DNA from: a virus
Lineage: Duplodnaviria; Caudoviricetes
DNA length: 64,000 bases
IMG/VR virus record: IMGVR_UViG_3300046819_000361
Strand: one strand, 5' to 3'
Positions 25,568 through 35,993 of the stretch are shown one piece after another. A program made the translations under genes and the position numbers. A model generated the notes under the pieces. The model made no database searches and was not told the origin of the DNA. It saw only the letters and a program-made list of their open reading frames with translations. Every line of letters begins with the position of its first letter. Position 1 is the first letter of the stretch.

Positions 25568-28141
25568 TCAAGCTCCTAAATTACCAAGTTTTACACGAAG
25601 TACGCCATTGCTATCAAATACTTTAATAACCTCAGCGTCCATTTCCATTCTGGCTCCAGAAGCAGCACTTTTAGCACTAAAATTAGCTTTACCAACTAAA
25701 GCAATACTACCAATCTGTGCAGAACCTATGGCTGCATTATCAATAAATGTAGTTGCATTGCCTGAGGTTATTTTATTCAACGTTGCAAAAGCACCTTGAT
25801 TCTTAATACTAGCGGCATCAATTAAAGCATCTGCATAATCCTGTGTTACATTCTGAGGGGCAGAAGTAACAATATCAATTGCCCAACCTGTTTCCCACAG
25901 ATTTCGTGCAAAGTTTGAATATCCAGCAACAAAATCCTTAACCATTACTTTTGGATAACTCCAGGAGCTGGTAGGTTCGCCGATATAGATACAACATTTG
26001 TCAAGTGCGGAGTCATAACCAAATCTGACTCTGTTGTCTGCAGCTGTTGAACCAATTAAATTAGCTTCTGTGTTGTACCAAGCTCCTGCGCCATAATTAT
26101 AACCAGCCAAGTTCAGACTAAAAGATTTATCAGAACTGTAGGTATAAACGTTCACCGCGAATTTCATCATGGTATTAGTGAAACCTAGGGGTAGTATAAT
26201 TCTGATCATACCTGTGACAGCGTTTTGATTATTGTTAAAACTAGCCCCGACAGGACGAGCAACAAATAAAGTATTGTTCTCTTCTATGACGTTTGACACT
26301 CTTGCGTCATTGTAGTTAGTTACATCCGCATAATCAGCAGGTCTTTTACCATCATTATTTTGTACATCAGACCATTTTTGCTGTGCATTTAGTAACGCAG
26401 AATAGCCAAGATTATCAAACAATTTACTTTCTGTGCCATCCACAACTTCAACAACAGGATAGCCAAATACTTGTGTCTCACCTGCTGTTGTGCAATAATA
26501 TTGATAAGCACGAGTGCCTGTGTATTCAACATCACTTGCCCAACAATAATTCCATCTTTCAGCGATCAGTTCACCTGTGGTCAAATCGAATATACCTGAA
26601 CCAACATTGGTGTTCCCCGTACTTCCAGCCGGAAACACATAACCAACCAACAAATACCAACGGTTTGCCACTAAACCAGGTCTCTCTCCGTAAACAAAAT
26701 AAGGGTTACTATTTTTATTACCTGTGTTTAAATCACAAACTGTATCTCCAAGAATACCCCAATAATACCTGCCAGTATTCCCTCCGGTTATTTTGACGGG
26801 AACCGCAAATCTATATGATTTATTTTTATCGACTTTAAACCAATTTTTACCGGCATTTGCATCAGGATACCAACCACCGTCGGCAGCATTGTCACCGTTA
26901 GATGTACATTTCCACACAGGGACACGAGTACCTGTTTGATTTGTGTCATACACTATGGAATTTTCTGAAGCAGCTCCATTCAAAGTCCAAGGAGGGGTTT
27001 GTCCCACAACCCACGTATCTATTTGTAAATTATTGAACATCAAGTCATTACTGGGCTGTCCTGAGATATTAGTGCCCCAAGTGGCACCAACGGTAGCACC
27101 AGCCGCCGCAGATGATTTTTCTAATCTAACTATTGTATAATCATCCGTGTAGGTTTGACTATTATTAGTTACTGTAACTGTGACTTTTGCTGATTTTGAA
27201 GTTCCAAAATGTGTAGCAGATATCGTTTGTGATGATGTGCCACTATTAGAAGGTGCAGTTTGAAATCCAGAAAATGTCCAAGAATAAATTGGGCTAGTCA
27301 TATTGATAATATTTGCTGTGAAAATAATATCAGCCTGTCCAGCATCTATTGTGCCATCGGTTGCAGTAAATGAAACTTCACGGTTAGATGTGATAGAAAC
27401 AGTAGAGCCTAATCCAGATTGGCCATCCGTGCCTGCTTTAGATTTACTAAATGTTTGTGATTTGACAATTGTAAAGGCAGTATTACTAGCAGATTTGCCA
27501 GTTATGGTATATGTAATACTAGAGGTATCAATATTATTAGCCACGCCTGAATGATCACCTACTGTTAAATAAGTACCAGAATCAGTTAAAGATCCTCTTG
27601 TTATATTAGTAGCAGTGGATGTAACAGTCCATGTTCCAGCAGAGGTGCCAACCCCGTCATATGATAATTGGGTTGCGCCTTCGTACACATAAACATTAGT
27701 ACCAGACCCAGTGTACGAACCTACTACTCCGGTAGAGGTTGCTGGAAATGTAAATGATTCGTTTGATAATATCGCTGAAATCCCATTAGTGCCATTCGTT
27801 CCATTAGTGCCATTAACAACAAACAGTACCGGAGTCCCCCATGTTCCACCAGTACTAGATGTATTGGGTGGTATTATACTAAATGTATAAGTTGCAGCCC
27901 ATGTTGGCGTAGTGGTAGATGTTGGAATTGACGCTGACCAGATTGTAGCACCGGTGGATGGGTTAGTTGCTGGATTTGGATCAGTTGGTACGGTTAACAC
28001 TTGTGTGCTAAAATTATAAGAACCCCCTGATGGTGTGTCTGGTTGACCAACTTGTTGAGCATAAACTGTGGCAGTATAAAAACTGCCACCATCATTGACA
28101 TCAACTATTGTAATTTCGCCACTTGAAACTTTTGTTGCCAT
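25568..28141 (-). CDS. Tail fibre / host-specificity protein
   Basis: Thr/Ser-rich beta modules, GTN repeats, C-terminal IDNAAIGSAQI...NGVLRVKLG (lambda J-like end). Confidence 0.7.
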   Translation of the reverse strand: MATKVSSGEITIVDVNDGGSFYTATVYAQQVGQPDTPSGGSYNFSTQVLTVPTDPNPATNPSTGATIWSASIPTSTTTPTWAATYTFSIIPPNTSSTGGTWGTPVLFVVNGTNGTNGTNGISAILSNESFTFPATSTGVVGSYTGSGTNVYVYEGATQLSYDGVGTSAGTWTVTSTATNITRGSLTDSGTYLTVGDHSGVANNIDTSSITYTITGKSASNTAFTIVKSQTFSKSKAGTDGQSGLGSTVSITSNREVSFTATDGTIDAGQADIIFTANIINMTSPIYSWTFSGFQTAPSNSGTSSQTISATHFGTSKSAKVTVTVTNNSQTYTDDYTIVRLEKSSAAAGATVGATWGTNISGQPSNDLMFNNLQIDTWVVGQTPPWTLNGAASENSIVYDTNQTGTRVPVWKCTSNGDNAADGGWYPDANAGKNWFKVDKNKSYRFAVPVKITGGNTGRYYWGILGDTVCDLNTGNKNSNPYFVYGERPGLVANRWYLLVGYVFPAGSTGNTNVGSGIFDLTTGELIAERWNYCWASDVEYTGTRAYQYYCTTAGETQVFGYPVVEVVDGTESKLFDNLGYSALLNAQQKWSDVQNNDGKRPADYADVTNYNDARVSNVIEENNTLFVARPVGASFNNNQNAVTGMIRIILPLGFTNTMMKFAVNVYTYSSDKSFSLNLAGYNYGAGAWYNTEANLIGSTAADNRVRFGYDSALDKCCIYIGEPTSSWSYPKVMVKDFVAGYSNFARNLWETGWAIDIVTSAPQNVTQDYADALIDAASIKNQGAFATLNKITSGNATTFIDNAAIGSAQIGSIALVGKANFSAKSAASGARMEMDAEVIKVFDSNGVLRVKLGNLGA

Positions 28142-28149
28142 GTATATCC

Positions 28150-29622
28150 TTATGGTCTGTTTGCATCCACGGTGATTCTGGATTTGAAATCTACTTCGTC
28201 ACCTGACAAAGTTATCGAAGCACCTGCGGAAGTTGTTCTAGTACCACCTGTGACACAGCCGTATAATTTACCACCACTAAATGTTGTAGTAGATGACGGC
28301 GCTGGGAAATTAGTGAAACTTAACCATGATGAATTTGTAGATGGGGTTCTGATAGTGACGGCATTAGTGGTACTAGATGCAACTTCATAAAAATAAGCAC
28401 TACCATCTGCTGCTACACATTTAATAATATCACCAGCTGCAAAAGCATAAGATGTACCAGAATAGCTAATTACAGCAGAGTTGCCTGGTGTTGCAACACC
28501 GGTGATTGGTGCGCCACCTGCGGTTGATATTTTGCTAGTATCAATAAAAGCGCCACGTTTACCATTTTTATCCCAAAAATACCAAGTAAAAGACCATCCA
28601 GTTAATGTTACAGCAGAATCGCCATACCAAACTGATGGTGTTAAATTGGTGCTGCCTTTACCATTCTGTAATTTGTCACCTGAATCAGAATTGATAGTAC
28701 AGGTATACGGATCAGATACATCATAAATTGTAAAATAAGTTGAATAAGTTTTAGAATCAGAGTCAGTGACATCAACTCGATATATACCAATTTTAGTAAC
28801 TGCATTTTCATTAATTACTAACGTATTATAGGTTGTAGATGCACCAGCAGCTGGGATATTTACGTTTAACTCCGCTAAAGATCCAGTAGGAATGGTAGGT
28901 GATGCAACTGTTTTAAAGCCATATTCTGTGCCAACGTTAGCTAGTGTAGCATCAATCAAGGTACTACCGTTATTTTCGTACCACTTATAAGTAATCCCAG
29001 ATGTATCAACCACCCCACCTGCGCGAATAAGGTCAACCGAAATGGCAGTATTTGATTTAGATGCGGTTGTTGATTTTTCAATACTATTGGATCCACGTGT
29101 CATAATATAAACAGCATTAGTACCAGTTTTCACTGTATTCAATGTGATACTGCATGTGATATGTGTAGTTAATGTGGTACGTGCATCATAGTAATCTGCA
29201 TCGAAAAACACAGTAAATGTGCCAACGGTATCTAGTAAATTAGCACCGAGTACAAAAGTGGATGAAGTGGTAGCACCGGCTGCACCGTGTGTGATTGTAA
29301 ATGGGGCATTAACGACAACATATGAATTATTAACAAAACTGGTTGAGGTCGAAGCAGTAGTTAATGCGGCACCACCTTGAGTAAGTGCAAATTGTTTATT
29401 GGTTAATGCAGCCCATACTTCTGCTGTAGTTAATCCAGAAATACTAATTACTGGAGTAATCGTAAGTGCAGAAGAAGAATAGTTTGGAGTAAATGAAAGT
29501 GTACTTTCATCTTTTGTAAAAATTTGTTGAGTCCCACCACTTGAAGATAAGTATGCAGCAATAGAACGTGCATCGTTATTATCTACAATGGTAATTTGAC
29601 CAGTTGAAACTAATGTTGCCAT
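28150..29622 (-). CDS. Tail structural protein (Ig-like modules)
   Basis: N-terminus STGQITIVDNND shared with 25568..28141; YKWY and FTWYF Ig-like strands. Confidence 0.6.
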   Translation of the reverse strand: MATLVSTGQITIVDNNDARSIAAYLSSSGGTQQIFTKDESTLSFTPNYSSSALTITPVISISGLTTAEVWAALTNKQFALTQGGAALTTASTSTSFVNNSYVVVNAPFTITHGAAGATTSSTFVLGANLLDTVGTFTVFFDADYYDARTTLTTHITCSITLNTVKTGTNAVYIMTRGSNSIEKSTTASKSNTAISVDLIRAGGVVDTSGITYKWYENNGSTLIDATLANVGTEYGFKTVASPTIPTGSLAELNVNIPAAGASTTYNTLVINENAVTKIGIYRVDVTDSDSKTYSTYFTIYDVSDPYTCTINSDSGDKLQNGKGSTNLTPSVWYGDSAVTLTGWSFTWYFWDKNGKRGAFIDTSKISTAGGAPITGVATPGNSAVISYSGTSYAFAAGDIIKCVAADGSAYFYEVASSTTNAVTIRTPSTNSSWLSFTNFPAPSSTTTFSGGKLYGCVTGGTRTTSAGASITLSGDEVDFKSRITVDANRP

Positions 29623-29645
29623 GTATATATGTCCTCTATTTTTAT

Positions 29646-32600
29646 TTAGGTTGGATTCACAATGTCACAGAAAAAACTTGCTTGTGAATTTACGTCATCT
29701 ATATTTATGAAAATTTGCTTGTATCCGCTACTATATGCGGCATTCCAAGTTTCATCATCATTTGGAATTTCTTTTGGAATAACTGAAACACGCCGCCATC
29801 TAAACCAACTAGCAGGAGTAATTTCTGTTACATCAACGCCATTTAAAAATAAATGTGCTTTTAACGTTGATGTTTTTGATTGGCCAACCCGAAATTCTGT
29901 GCCATTTGTTGATTCAATAATCAACAAATAAGCCTCGCCATTTTTGCCATTAAATACTACATTAATAGTCTGTGAATCTAATAAAACCGCCCCGGATATA
30001 ACACTTTGATTGTACAATTTTACAGTAACACTGGATGCATTCGAATTACTTGGTAACGTTAAGACATAGGGCGATGTTGATACATCAATTGCAGTGGTTG
30101 CTTCAACCCCATTATTTGGAGTAACTGTAATCCATCCGTAATATGATGTTGTATATGCAGCATTATCCGTCATTTTTCCGTAAATGGTAATTGGCGTGTA
30201 GTTACCTTCACTAACTGCATCTGCTGCACTTTTGACAATAACGGCGGCATCGGTTTCTATGGAATATGATGGAGGAATAACTGCAGTTGTGCCAGCCTTT
30301 GATTTACTAAATGATTGATTGGTGATGATTGAAAAATCGTCCCCATTCATTCGTTTACCAATAATAGTATATGTTATTGATGCACTATTAATATTAGCAG
30401 CCATGCCAGAATGATACCCAACCGTGACATAATCACCAGAATCAATTAAACTACCAACTGTTATGTTTGTTGATATTGTTTCAACCCGCCATGTGCCAGC
30501 GGTGGTACCAGTTCCGTCGTATTCTAACTTAATGGTCCCTTCAAAAACTGTTAGTGATGTTCCAGAATCAATATAAGATTCAGTTGGTACTGTACCATCT
30601 GAATAAGCTGATAGTGTGTGAGATTGATTAGGATTTATTACACTAATAGCATCCAGTGATTTAGAGCCAGATGTAGTCCAAAATGAATTAGATTGCGCCG
30701 GTAATATAGGTAAAATATGATTGGATAGGTTTGAATTATGATTAGCCGTACATATCCAACTATAACCAGCATTGTCGGTGACAATATCCCCAACTGAATA
30801 ATTATGTGATGGTTCCCAGAAGCCAACATATACATTTCTGGTGGCATTACTTTGTGGTTTACCAGTGCCATATATATAATCCCATGCGGCACCACCGCTT
30901 GCCATTGTTACATTACCATCACTATCTTTAATAATAATAGAATTAAAGATAGCAGTACCGCTTTTATCAATACGCCAACCTGAAAATGTTCCACTATCAG
31001 AATAGTTTTCAGATTGGATATATTCGCCAATATGAGCATTAGTTATTGAAGCATTCTGGATATACGCACTATCCATGTAAATACCAGGATCAATTAACAC
31101 ACCATTAATGGTAGTTGGTGTGGTTTGTACAACGAATGGTACGATTGGGTTGAATAAATCCCACGAAATGCCATTATATAAATAGGTATGTTTGGTAGTC
31201 GAATTGAACCAAGTATCGCCGTTGTTAGGTGATACTGGAGTGGTTGGTGATGAAAATGTAGTCGGTGCCGAAATCCAAAATGTGTCGGCATTAACACCAA
31301 ACGCCGATTCTGTTGCAGATGATGCCAATCCAAACCCAGAAATCCTACCATTAACATCAACTTTTAATGTATATTGTGCATATAAACTACTAATGTCTTC
31401 GGAAACGGTAGTGAACTTTTGCTCAATAGTTGCATCGGTGTTATCAACACCATTCAATCTGGAACTAATCTGTGTGACTAAATCTGCCATATCTGCATTA
31501 GTTAACGCAAGAGTAGTAATCTGTGAACTATTGGATTCTGATGTTGTTACTAGTTGATTGAGTGTGCTAGAATAATTTGCAGTAGTGGTATTAATGGACG
31601 TAATAGCTGATTGCATGTTATCAACTTTGGTCAGCATTTGTCCAAGGGATTCAGCTTGGGTTGCAGAAGCAGTATTAAGACTTGATATACTAGATTCAGC
31701 GTTAGCAGTTCTTGATAACAGACTTGTAAATGTCTGTGCTTGTCCGGCTACTGTAGTATTAAGACTTGATATACTAGATTCAGCGTTAGTTGTTCTTGTT
31801 AATAAATTATTTAATGTTTGCGCTTGTTCTGCAGTGGTAGTACTAACATCAGTAATTGCAGATTCATTTGTACCAACCCTGGTCAACAGTTGAGACAATT
31901 CTGTGGCTTGTGCTTGGGTTACTTGTGAAAGATTAACTATTGATGATGACATATTCCCAACATTCACCCCCAATGTTGATAAATCACTCGCAATTGCGGT
32001 ATCTCCTGCTATTCGGGCAGTACTTTCATTAGATACAAATGCTTCGGCGGTAAACCCAGAATTATTGAAATTGTTTAATCTTGTTGCGACTGTTGTAATA
32101 TCAGAAGCTAATGCAGTAGTCGCGGTAGTTCTTGATATTGATTCTTGTTCAATAGCACTAGCATTGCCAGCAAGGGATGAATGTATGGTTGTTATATCAG
32201 ACGCTAATGATTCATAGCTGTTTTGTCTAATTAATTTTTCTGCATCAATCGCTGCTCTTCTATTAGTTGCTTCATTTAATATTTCAGTTGCGCGAGTTTG
32301 TGATTCTTCAAGTAATGAATCAGATAATGTGGCATATGTATTAACCAGTGAGGTGACATTATCTGCTACTATTTTTATGCGAGATGCAACACTATTTGCT
32401 AATGTATAATCGCCATCAATTAAATTAATTCGATCATGTAAATCTTTATACAAATGTGTTTCGGTTATCTTGCCCGATAATAGTGCTAGAATATTTTCAG
32501 GTGTTAGCTCATTAGACCCAGTTGACCCAGATGCACCACTAGCACCGCTAGCACCGCTAGCTCCCCCAGATCCAGATCCACCACCTGATCCACTACCAGA

Positions 32601-32756
32601 GCCAACTGGTAACCCACCATAAGTAGCGCCATCGCCAACGAATATTTGTTTTAATGTGGTATCATAGATTATTTCGCCTGCCAATGGGCAAAATGCTAGT
32701 CTATCAGTAGTTGGACCACGTCTGAGTAAAATGCTTCCTTTAGAATTAGTTGTCAT
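29646..32756 (-). CDS. Tail fibre with Mtd-N-like head, coiled coil, DUF1983-like and CBM5/12-like domains
   Basis: LRRG...GEIIYDT...VGDG; YTLKVDVNGRISGFGL; WEPSHNYSVGDIV. Confidence 0.7.
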   Translation of the reverse strand: MTTNSKGSILLRRGPTTDRLAFCPLAGEIIYDTTLKQIFVGDGATYGGLPVGSGSGSGGGSGSGGASGASGASGASGSTGSNELTPENILALLSGKITETHLYKDLHDRINLIDGDYTLANSVASRIKIVADNVTSLVNTYATLSDSLLEESQTRATEILNEATNRRAAIDAEKLIRQNSYESLASDITTIHSSLAGNASAIEQESISRTTATTALASDITTVATRLNNFNNSGFTAEAFVSNESTARIAGDTAIASDLSTLGVNVGNMSSSIVNLSQVTQAQATELSQLLTRVGTNESAITDVSTTTAEQAQTLNNLLTRTTNAESSISSLNTTVAGQAQTFTSLLSRTANAESSISSLNTASATQAESLGQMLTKVDNMQSAITSINTTTANYSSTLNQLVTTSESNSSQITTLALTNADMADLVTQISSRLNGVDNTDATIEQKFTTVSEDISSLYAQYTLKVDVNGRISGFGLASSATESAFGVNADTFWISAPTTFSSPTTPVSPNNGDTWFNSTTKHTYLYNGISWDLFNPIVPFVVQTTPTTINGVLIDPGIYMDSAYIQNASITNAHIGEYIQSENYSDSGTFSGWRIDKSGTAIFNSIIIKDSDGNVTMASGGAAWDYIYGTGKPQSNATRNVYVGFWEPSHNYSVGDIVTDNAGYSWICTANHNSNLSNHILPILPAQSNSFWTTSGSKSLDAISVINPNQSHTLSAYSDGTVPTESYIDSGTSLTVFEGTIKLEYDGTGTTAGTWRVETISTNITVGSLIDSGDYVTVGYHSGMAANINSASITYTIIGKRMNGDDFSIITNQSFSKSKAGTTAVIPPSYSIETDAAVIVKSAADAVSEGNYTPITIYGKMTDNAAYTTSYYGWITVTPNNGVEATTAIDVSTSPYVLTLPSNSNASSVTVKLYNQSVISGAVLLDSQTINVVFNGKNGEAYLLIIESTNGTEFRVGQSKTSTLKAHLFLNGVDVTEITPASWFRWRRVSVIPKEIPNDDETWNAAYSSGYKQIFINIDDVNSQASFFCDIVNPT

Positions 32757-33003
32757 AGAATACCGTCACTATATCTTCAGGGCCATAAATTTTAGATGGA
32801 TAGTAGGATGCAGTTCCGGCGAGCGGGATTTCACCCCCATCATGTAAAATTTCTGTTGGTAGTCCTTGAGTAAAATCGCCTCCATCCATACTTTGAACTA
32901 TGGCAGATTCATATAGTACTTTTATTGGACCAGCATCCAATCCAGATGTGGTGAAAAGATTGTTTTTGTCGAAAGGTGCACCTGCTAATATTTTATAACC
33001 CAT
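32746..33003 (-). CDS. Hypothetical (likely virion) protein
   Basis: 85-aa ORF with DAG/DGG repeats; TAAATA 4 nt upstream of ATG. Confidence 0.5.
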   Translation of the reverse strand: MGYKILAGAPFDKNNLFTTSGLDAGPIKVLYESAIVQSMDGGDFTQGLPTEILHDGGEIPLAGTASYYPSKIYGPEDIVTVFYDN

Positions 33004-33066
33004 GACTTATTTATCAGAAATATTGAGTACATTATTTCTGAATTAGGTATTAGCAGGTGCTTGTGA

Positions 33067-33354
33067 TTAAACGATGATACCAGTTGTTGATTTGGTATAT
33101 TGAGAAGCTGATTCTTTATCTGAAGGTTCAAGAACAACGATAGTTGATCTAGCCAACTTGATATCCCTATCGGGATCTACTGTGAATAAATATGGGACCA
33201 TGCCAATTCCATTATGACCACTTGCTAATACTTTTGGTTTTGAAACTTTGATGAAATCATTACGTTCTTCAACTAATGATGCAATCAATTCCTCGCCGGA
33301 GGTTAATTTTACGGTGACTACTTCACCAGGTGAAACGCCTTTATCTATAATCAT
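33067..33354 (-). CDS. Hypothetical protein, possibly Sm-like fold
   Basis: VTVKLTSGEELIA beta-rich pattern; coupled to glutaredoxin. Confidence 0.5.
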   Translation of the reverse strand: MIIDKGVSPGEVVTVKLTSGEELIASLVEERNDFIKVSKPKVLASGHNGIGMVPYLFTVDPDRDIKLARSTIVVLEPSDKESASQYTKSTTGIIV

Positions 33355-33653
33355 ACTGCTTCCTGTAAATATTGTCTTAATTCTGTGAACCCGCCGATAT
33401 AATTGCCATCGACGAAAATTTGTGGAACGGCTCGTGCGGTGGGGACGGCTTCGAGCAAATCTTCACGAGTCCATCTATCACCTGAAATGTTACGTTCTTC
33501 ATATTCATAACCTTTCATTCGTAATAATGCTTTTGCTTGATCACAGAATGTGCATTGATCCTTTGACCAAACAATTGCTACATTTTTTGAATATGGCTTT
33601 GTTAAAAATCCTTCAGCATTGACCACATAATCTGCTGGAACTTGATCTGACAT
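33351..33653 (-). CDS. Glutaredoxin
   Basis: CTFC active site, VPQIF, IGGF. Confidence 0.92.
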   Translation of the reverse strand: MSDQVPADYVVNAEGFLTKPYSKNVAIVWSKDQCTFCDQAKALLRMKGYEYEERNISGDRWTREDLLEAVPTARAVPQIFVDGNYIGGFTELRQYLQEAV

Positions 33654-33654
33654 T

Positions 33655-33822
33655 TTATGCTCTCTCTACTTCTACAATAACATTACTACCGACTAATTCT
33701 TGAACAATTGATTCAACAGTTGATTCAAACTCTTCTCCAATTAGCGATTCTTTTAACGCATCATCATTTTTTACCAATTTGCTTAATTTAATTACTACTA
33801 CTTCTTCTTGAACTTGTGCCAT
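33655..33822 (-). CDS. 55-aa hypothetical protein (missing from ORF track)
   Basis: MAQVQEEVVVIKLSKLVKND...VIVEVERA; AAGGA RBS; promoter TTGACA-17-TATAAT at 33858-33886. Confidence 0.65.
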   Translation of the reverse strand: MAQVQEEVVVIKLSKLVKNDDALKESLIGEEFESTVESIVQELVGSNVIVEVERA

Positions 33823-33891
33823 TTTTATTTCCTTATATTTGTGTTGTGTGAAGTACTATTATACATCATACTTCACACGTTGTCAAATCTA

Positions 33892-34455
33892 TTATGCGTT
33901 TTTGAACGCATTTACTTTTGCTTTAATTCGGTCTAATTTGGATGGTTTAGCCTCCAAATAATTAACAGAAATATCCCTGAACTTCACCATTTCTTCACGA
34001 TCTATACGTTGTCGTTCTAGATTACGTTCTTCAACAGAGCCGTGGTGATGTGGCATAGGCCGTAGCTCAGGTTTTGGACTACCTGCTATACTACAAACCG
34101 GTGCATTAATTTTGGTGATTGTATATTCACGTATGTTTTTCGCTAATGATTTTGAAATCGATCTAGGTTTATCAAAAAAATCAGCTACTGCAAACATAAA
34201 TTTTACAGTTCTACAATTATATTTGTCTTCAACTGCATTGATATGCCCAGTAATAGCTTTCATTTCAACGGCCCATTTATCAAGGTCTCGATCCTTCATT
34301 GCTTCGTATTTTTTAACTTCCGCTTGTTCTTTTAAAAGTTGTGCTTCTAGCAACGGTTTATGATGTTCTTTAAGATCGGGATCTTTTAATTTTTCTTCTA
34401 ACTTTTTAACTTTGTCTTTTGCTTTTTCTAACAAATAACTCATAATATACCTCAA
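33892..34455 (-). CDS. Hypothetical protein
   Basis: Lys/Glu-rich ORF after nrdB. Confidence 0.5.
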   Translation of the reverse strand: MRYIMSYLLEKAKDKVKKLEEKLKDPDLKEHHKPLLEAQLLKEQAEVKKYEAMKDRDLDKWAVEMKAITGHINAVEDKYNCRTVKFMFAVADFFDKPRSISKSLAKNIREYTITKINAPVCSIAGSPKPELRPMPHHHGSVEERNLERQRIDREEMVKFRDISVNYLEAKPSKLDRIKAKVNAFKNA

Positions 34456-35564
34456 ATGTTTGGTAGTTCATCATAATTTAATTCGCTGCTCATCACACCA
34501 ATTACATAACTAATCGATTCGCTTTCTTGTAAAGCGGTTTGTTTTTTACTAGGATCAGTATGACGTGTAAACCATGGTATTGGAGTGGTTTTTGGTGCAG
34601 TTCCTTGGTACTTAATACCAATTTCTTTTAATGAACCAACTGCTGTGTAATCGACAAAATCTTTTAAGATATTGGCATTTAACCCGATCACTGGTCCTTT
34701 CATAAACAAGTAATCTGCCCAAGATTTTTCTTCTCTGATCACTGATTCGTAGATACCATATACTTCACGTTCTAACCGTACTTTAGCTGCTGCAAATCTT
34801 GGATCATCTTTAACTAATTGATTAATAATATAAGCAGTCCAGTCTTTGTGTAATAATTCATCTTGTAAAATTAATGAAATTATATTACCATTTCCGATGA
34901 ATAGTTTATTCTCTACCATGGCTAAACTAGTAGCAAATGATACCATAAATCGGAAAGCTTCTAATGCATAACTAGCATGTAAAGCCAACCAAATGTGATC
35001 TATATGTGCTTCTTCGTTGTAGAGGAAGTTAACAGTATCTTTTACTTCTGCTAGGCAGTTATATTTGTGAAGTTTGTCATAATATTTACCAACACTAGAT
35101 GCCATGTCGATAATTTCTTTTGTGTCATGAATGGTATTGAATACTTCTTTTGGCACATTGTAAATATTTCTAATAATATGGCTATAACTGCGGCTATGAA
35201 TGTTTGTTTCAAAAAACCCCCAATTATACATTAATGCTTCGACTTCTGGAACCGAGCATACTGGTGTGAACACTTGGGTTGGCCCACGTCCCTGTAAACT
35301 GTCTAATGCAGTTTGTCTTAATACATTGCTAGTGAAAATATGTTTAACAGCATCACTTGCATCTTTGAAATCATTGGCATCTTTACTCAATGAAATTTCT
35401 TCTGGTACCCAAAAGAAACCACGAGCAGTTTGTTCAAATTTTTGAATTTTGGGATATCGGACTTCTTCAAACCGTTGAATAGTTACTGGCCCTGATGGGT
35501 CAAGGAACATTTTACGATTTAAATAATCTGTTTGTGTTTTTAAGTTATATTGTTGTTCTGACAT
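34452..35564 (-). CDS. nrdB: Ribonucleotide reductase class Ia beta subunit
   Basis: FFWVPEEI, DSLQGR, ETNIHSRSY, EAFRFMVSF, DELLH. Confidence 0.95.
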   Translation of the reverse strand: MSEQQYNLKTQTDYLNRKMFLDPSGPVTIQRFEEVRYPKIQKFEQTARGFFWVPEEISLSKDANDFKDASDAVKHIFTSNVLRQTALDSLQGRGPTQVFTPVCSVPEVEALMYNWGFFETNIHSRSYSHIIRNIYNVPKEVFNTIHDTKEIIDMASSVGKYYDKLHKYNCLAEVKDTVNFLYNEEAHIDHIWLALHASYALEAFRFMVSFATSLAMVENKLFIGNGNIISLILQDELLHKDWTAYIINQLVKDDPRFAAAKVRLEREVYGIYESVIREEKSWADYLFMKGPVIGLNANILKDFVDYTAVGSLKEIGIKYQGTAPKTTPIPWFTRHTDPSKKQTALQESESISYVIGVMSSELNYDELPNI

Positions 35565-35573
35565 TCCTTGTCC

Positions 35574-35720
35574 TTATTCGTCTGGTAATCTTCTTTCGTG
35601 ATAAATTACTAATGCATCTTCTAGTAATTCGATTTGTTTTTCAATCCTCCATTTTACTAGAGGATCGGTTTCTGTTTCTAATTTTTGTTTTAGATGTTCT
35701 ATATCAGGTATTTTGTTCAT
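35574..35720 (-). CDS. Small hypothetical protein
   Basis: Likely start MNKIP at 35720. Confidence 0.4.
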   Translation of the reverse strand: MNKIPDIEHLKQKLETETDPLVKWRIEKQIELLEDALVIYHERRLPDE

Positions 35721-35982
35721 CGATATAAGCTTGCAACCCTTCATTAAAAATATTTCCACCATTTGTAGCCATATACCCGGTTACTGAACTATGGTCTTCA
35801 AATTTAATAATCCATTTTTTATTTAATTTACTAAATCTAAAAACAAATAATTTAGAACCTAATTCGGTCATTGGGATCTTCTTTCCATATCTAACTTTAA
35901 ATCCAAAACTTCTTGTATCAGACAACGGATAAAAATTAAATCCATTATGTAGTTTATTTCCTTCTTTTAAAATGTGAATCAT
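35704..35982 (-). CDS. Hypothetical protein
   Basis: Likely start MIHILKEG at 35982 (GGAG RBS). Confidence 0.45.
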   Translation of the reverse strand: MIHILKEGNKLHNGFNFYPLSDTRSFGFKVRYGKKIPMTELGSKLFVFRFSKLNKKWIIKFEDHSSVTGYMATNGGNIFNEGLQAYIDEQNT

Positions 35983-35993
35983 ATTATTCTCCA

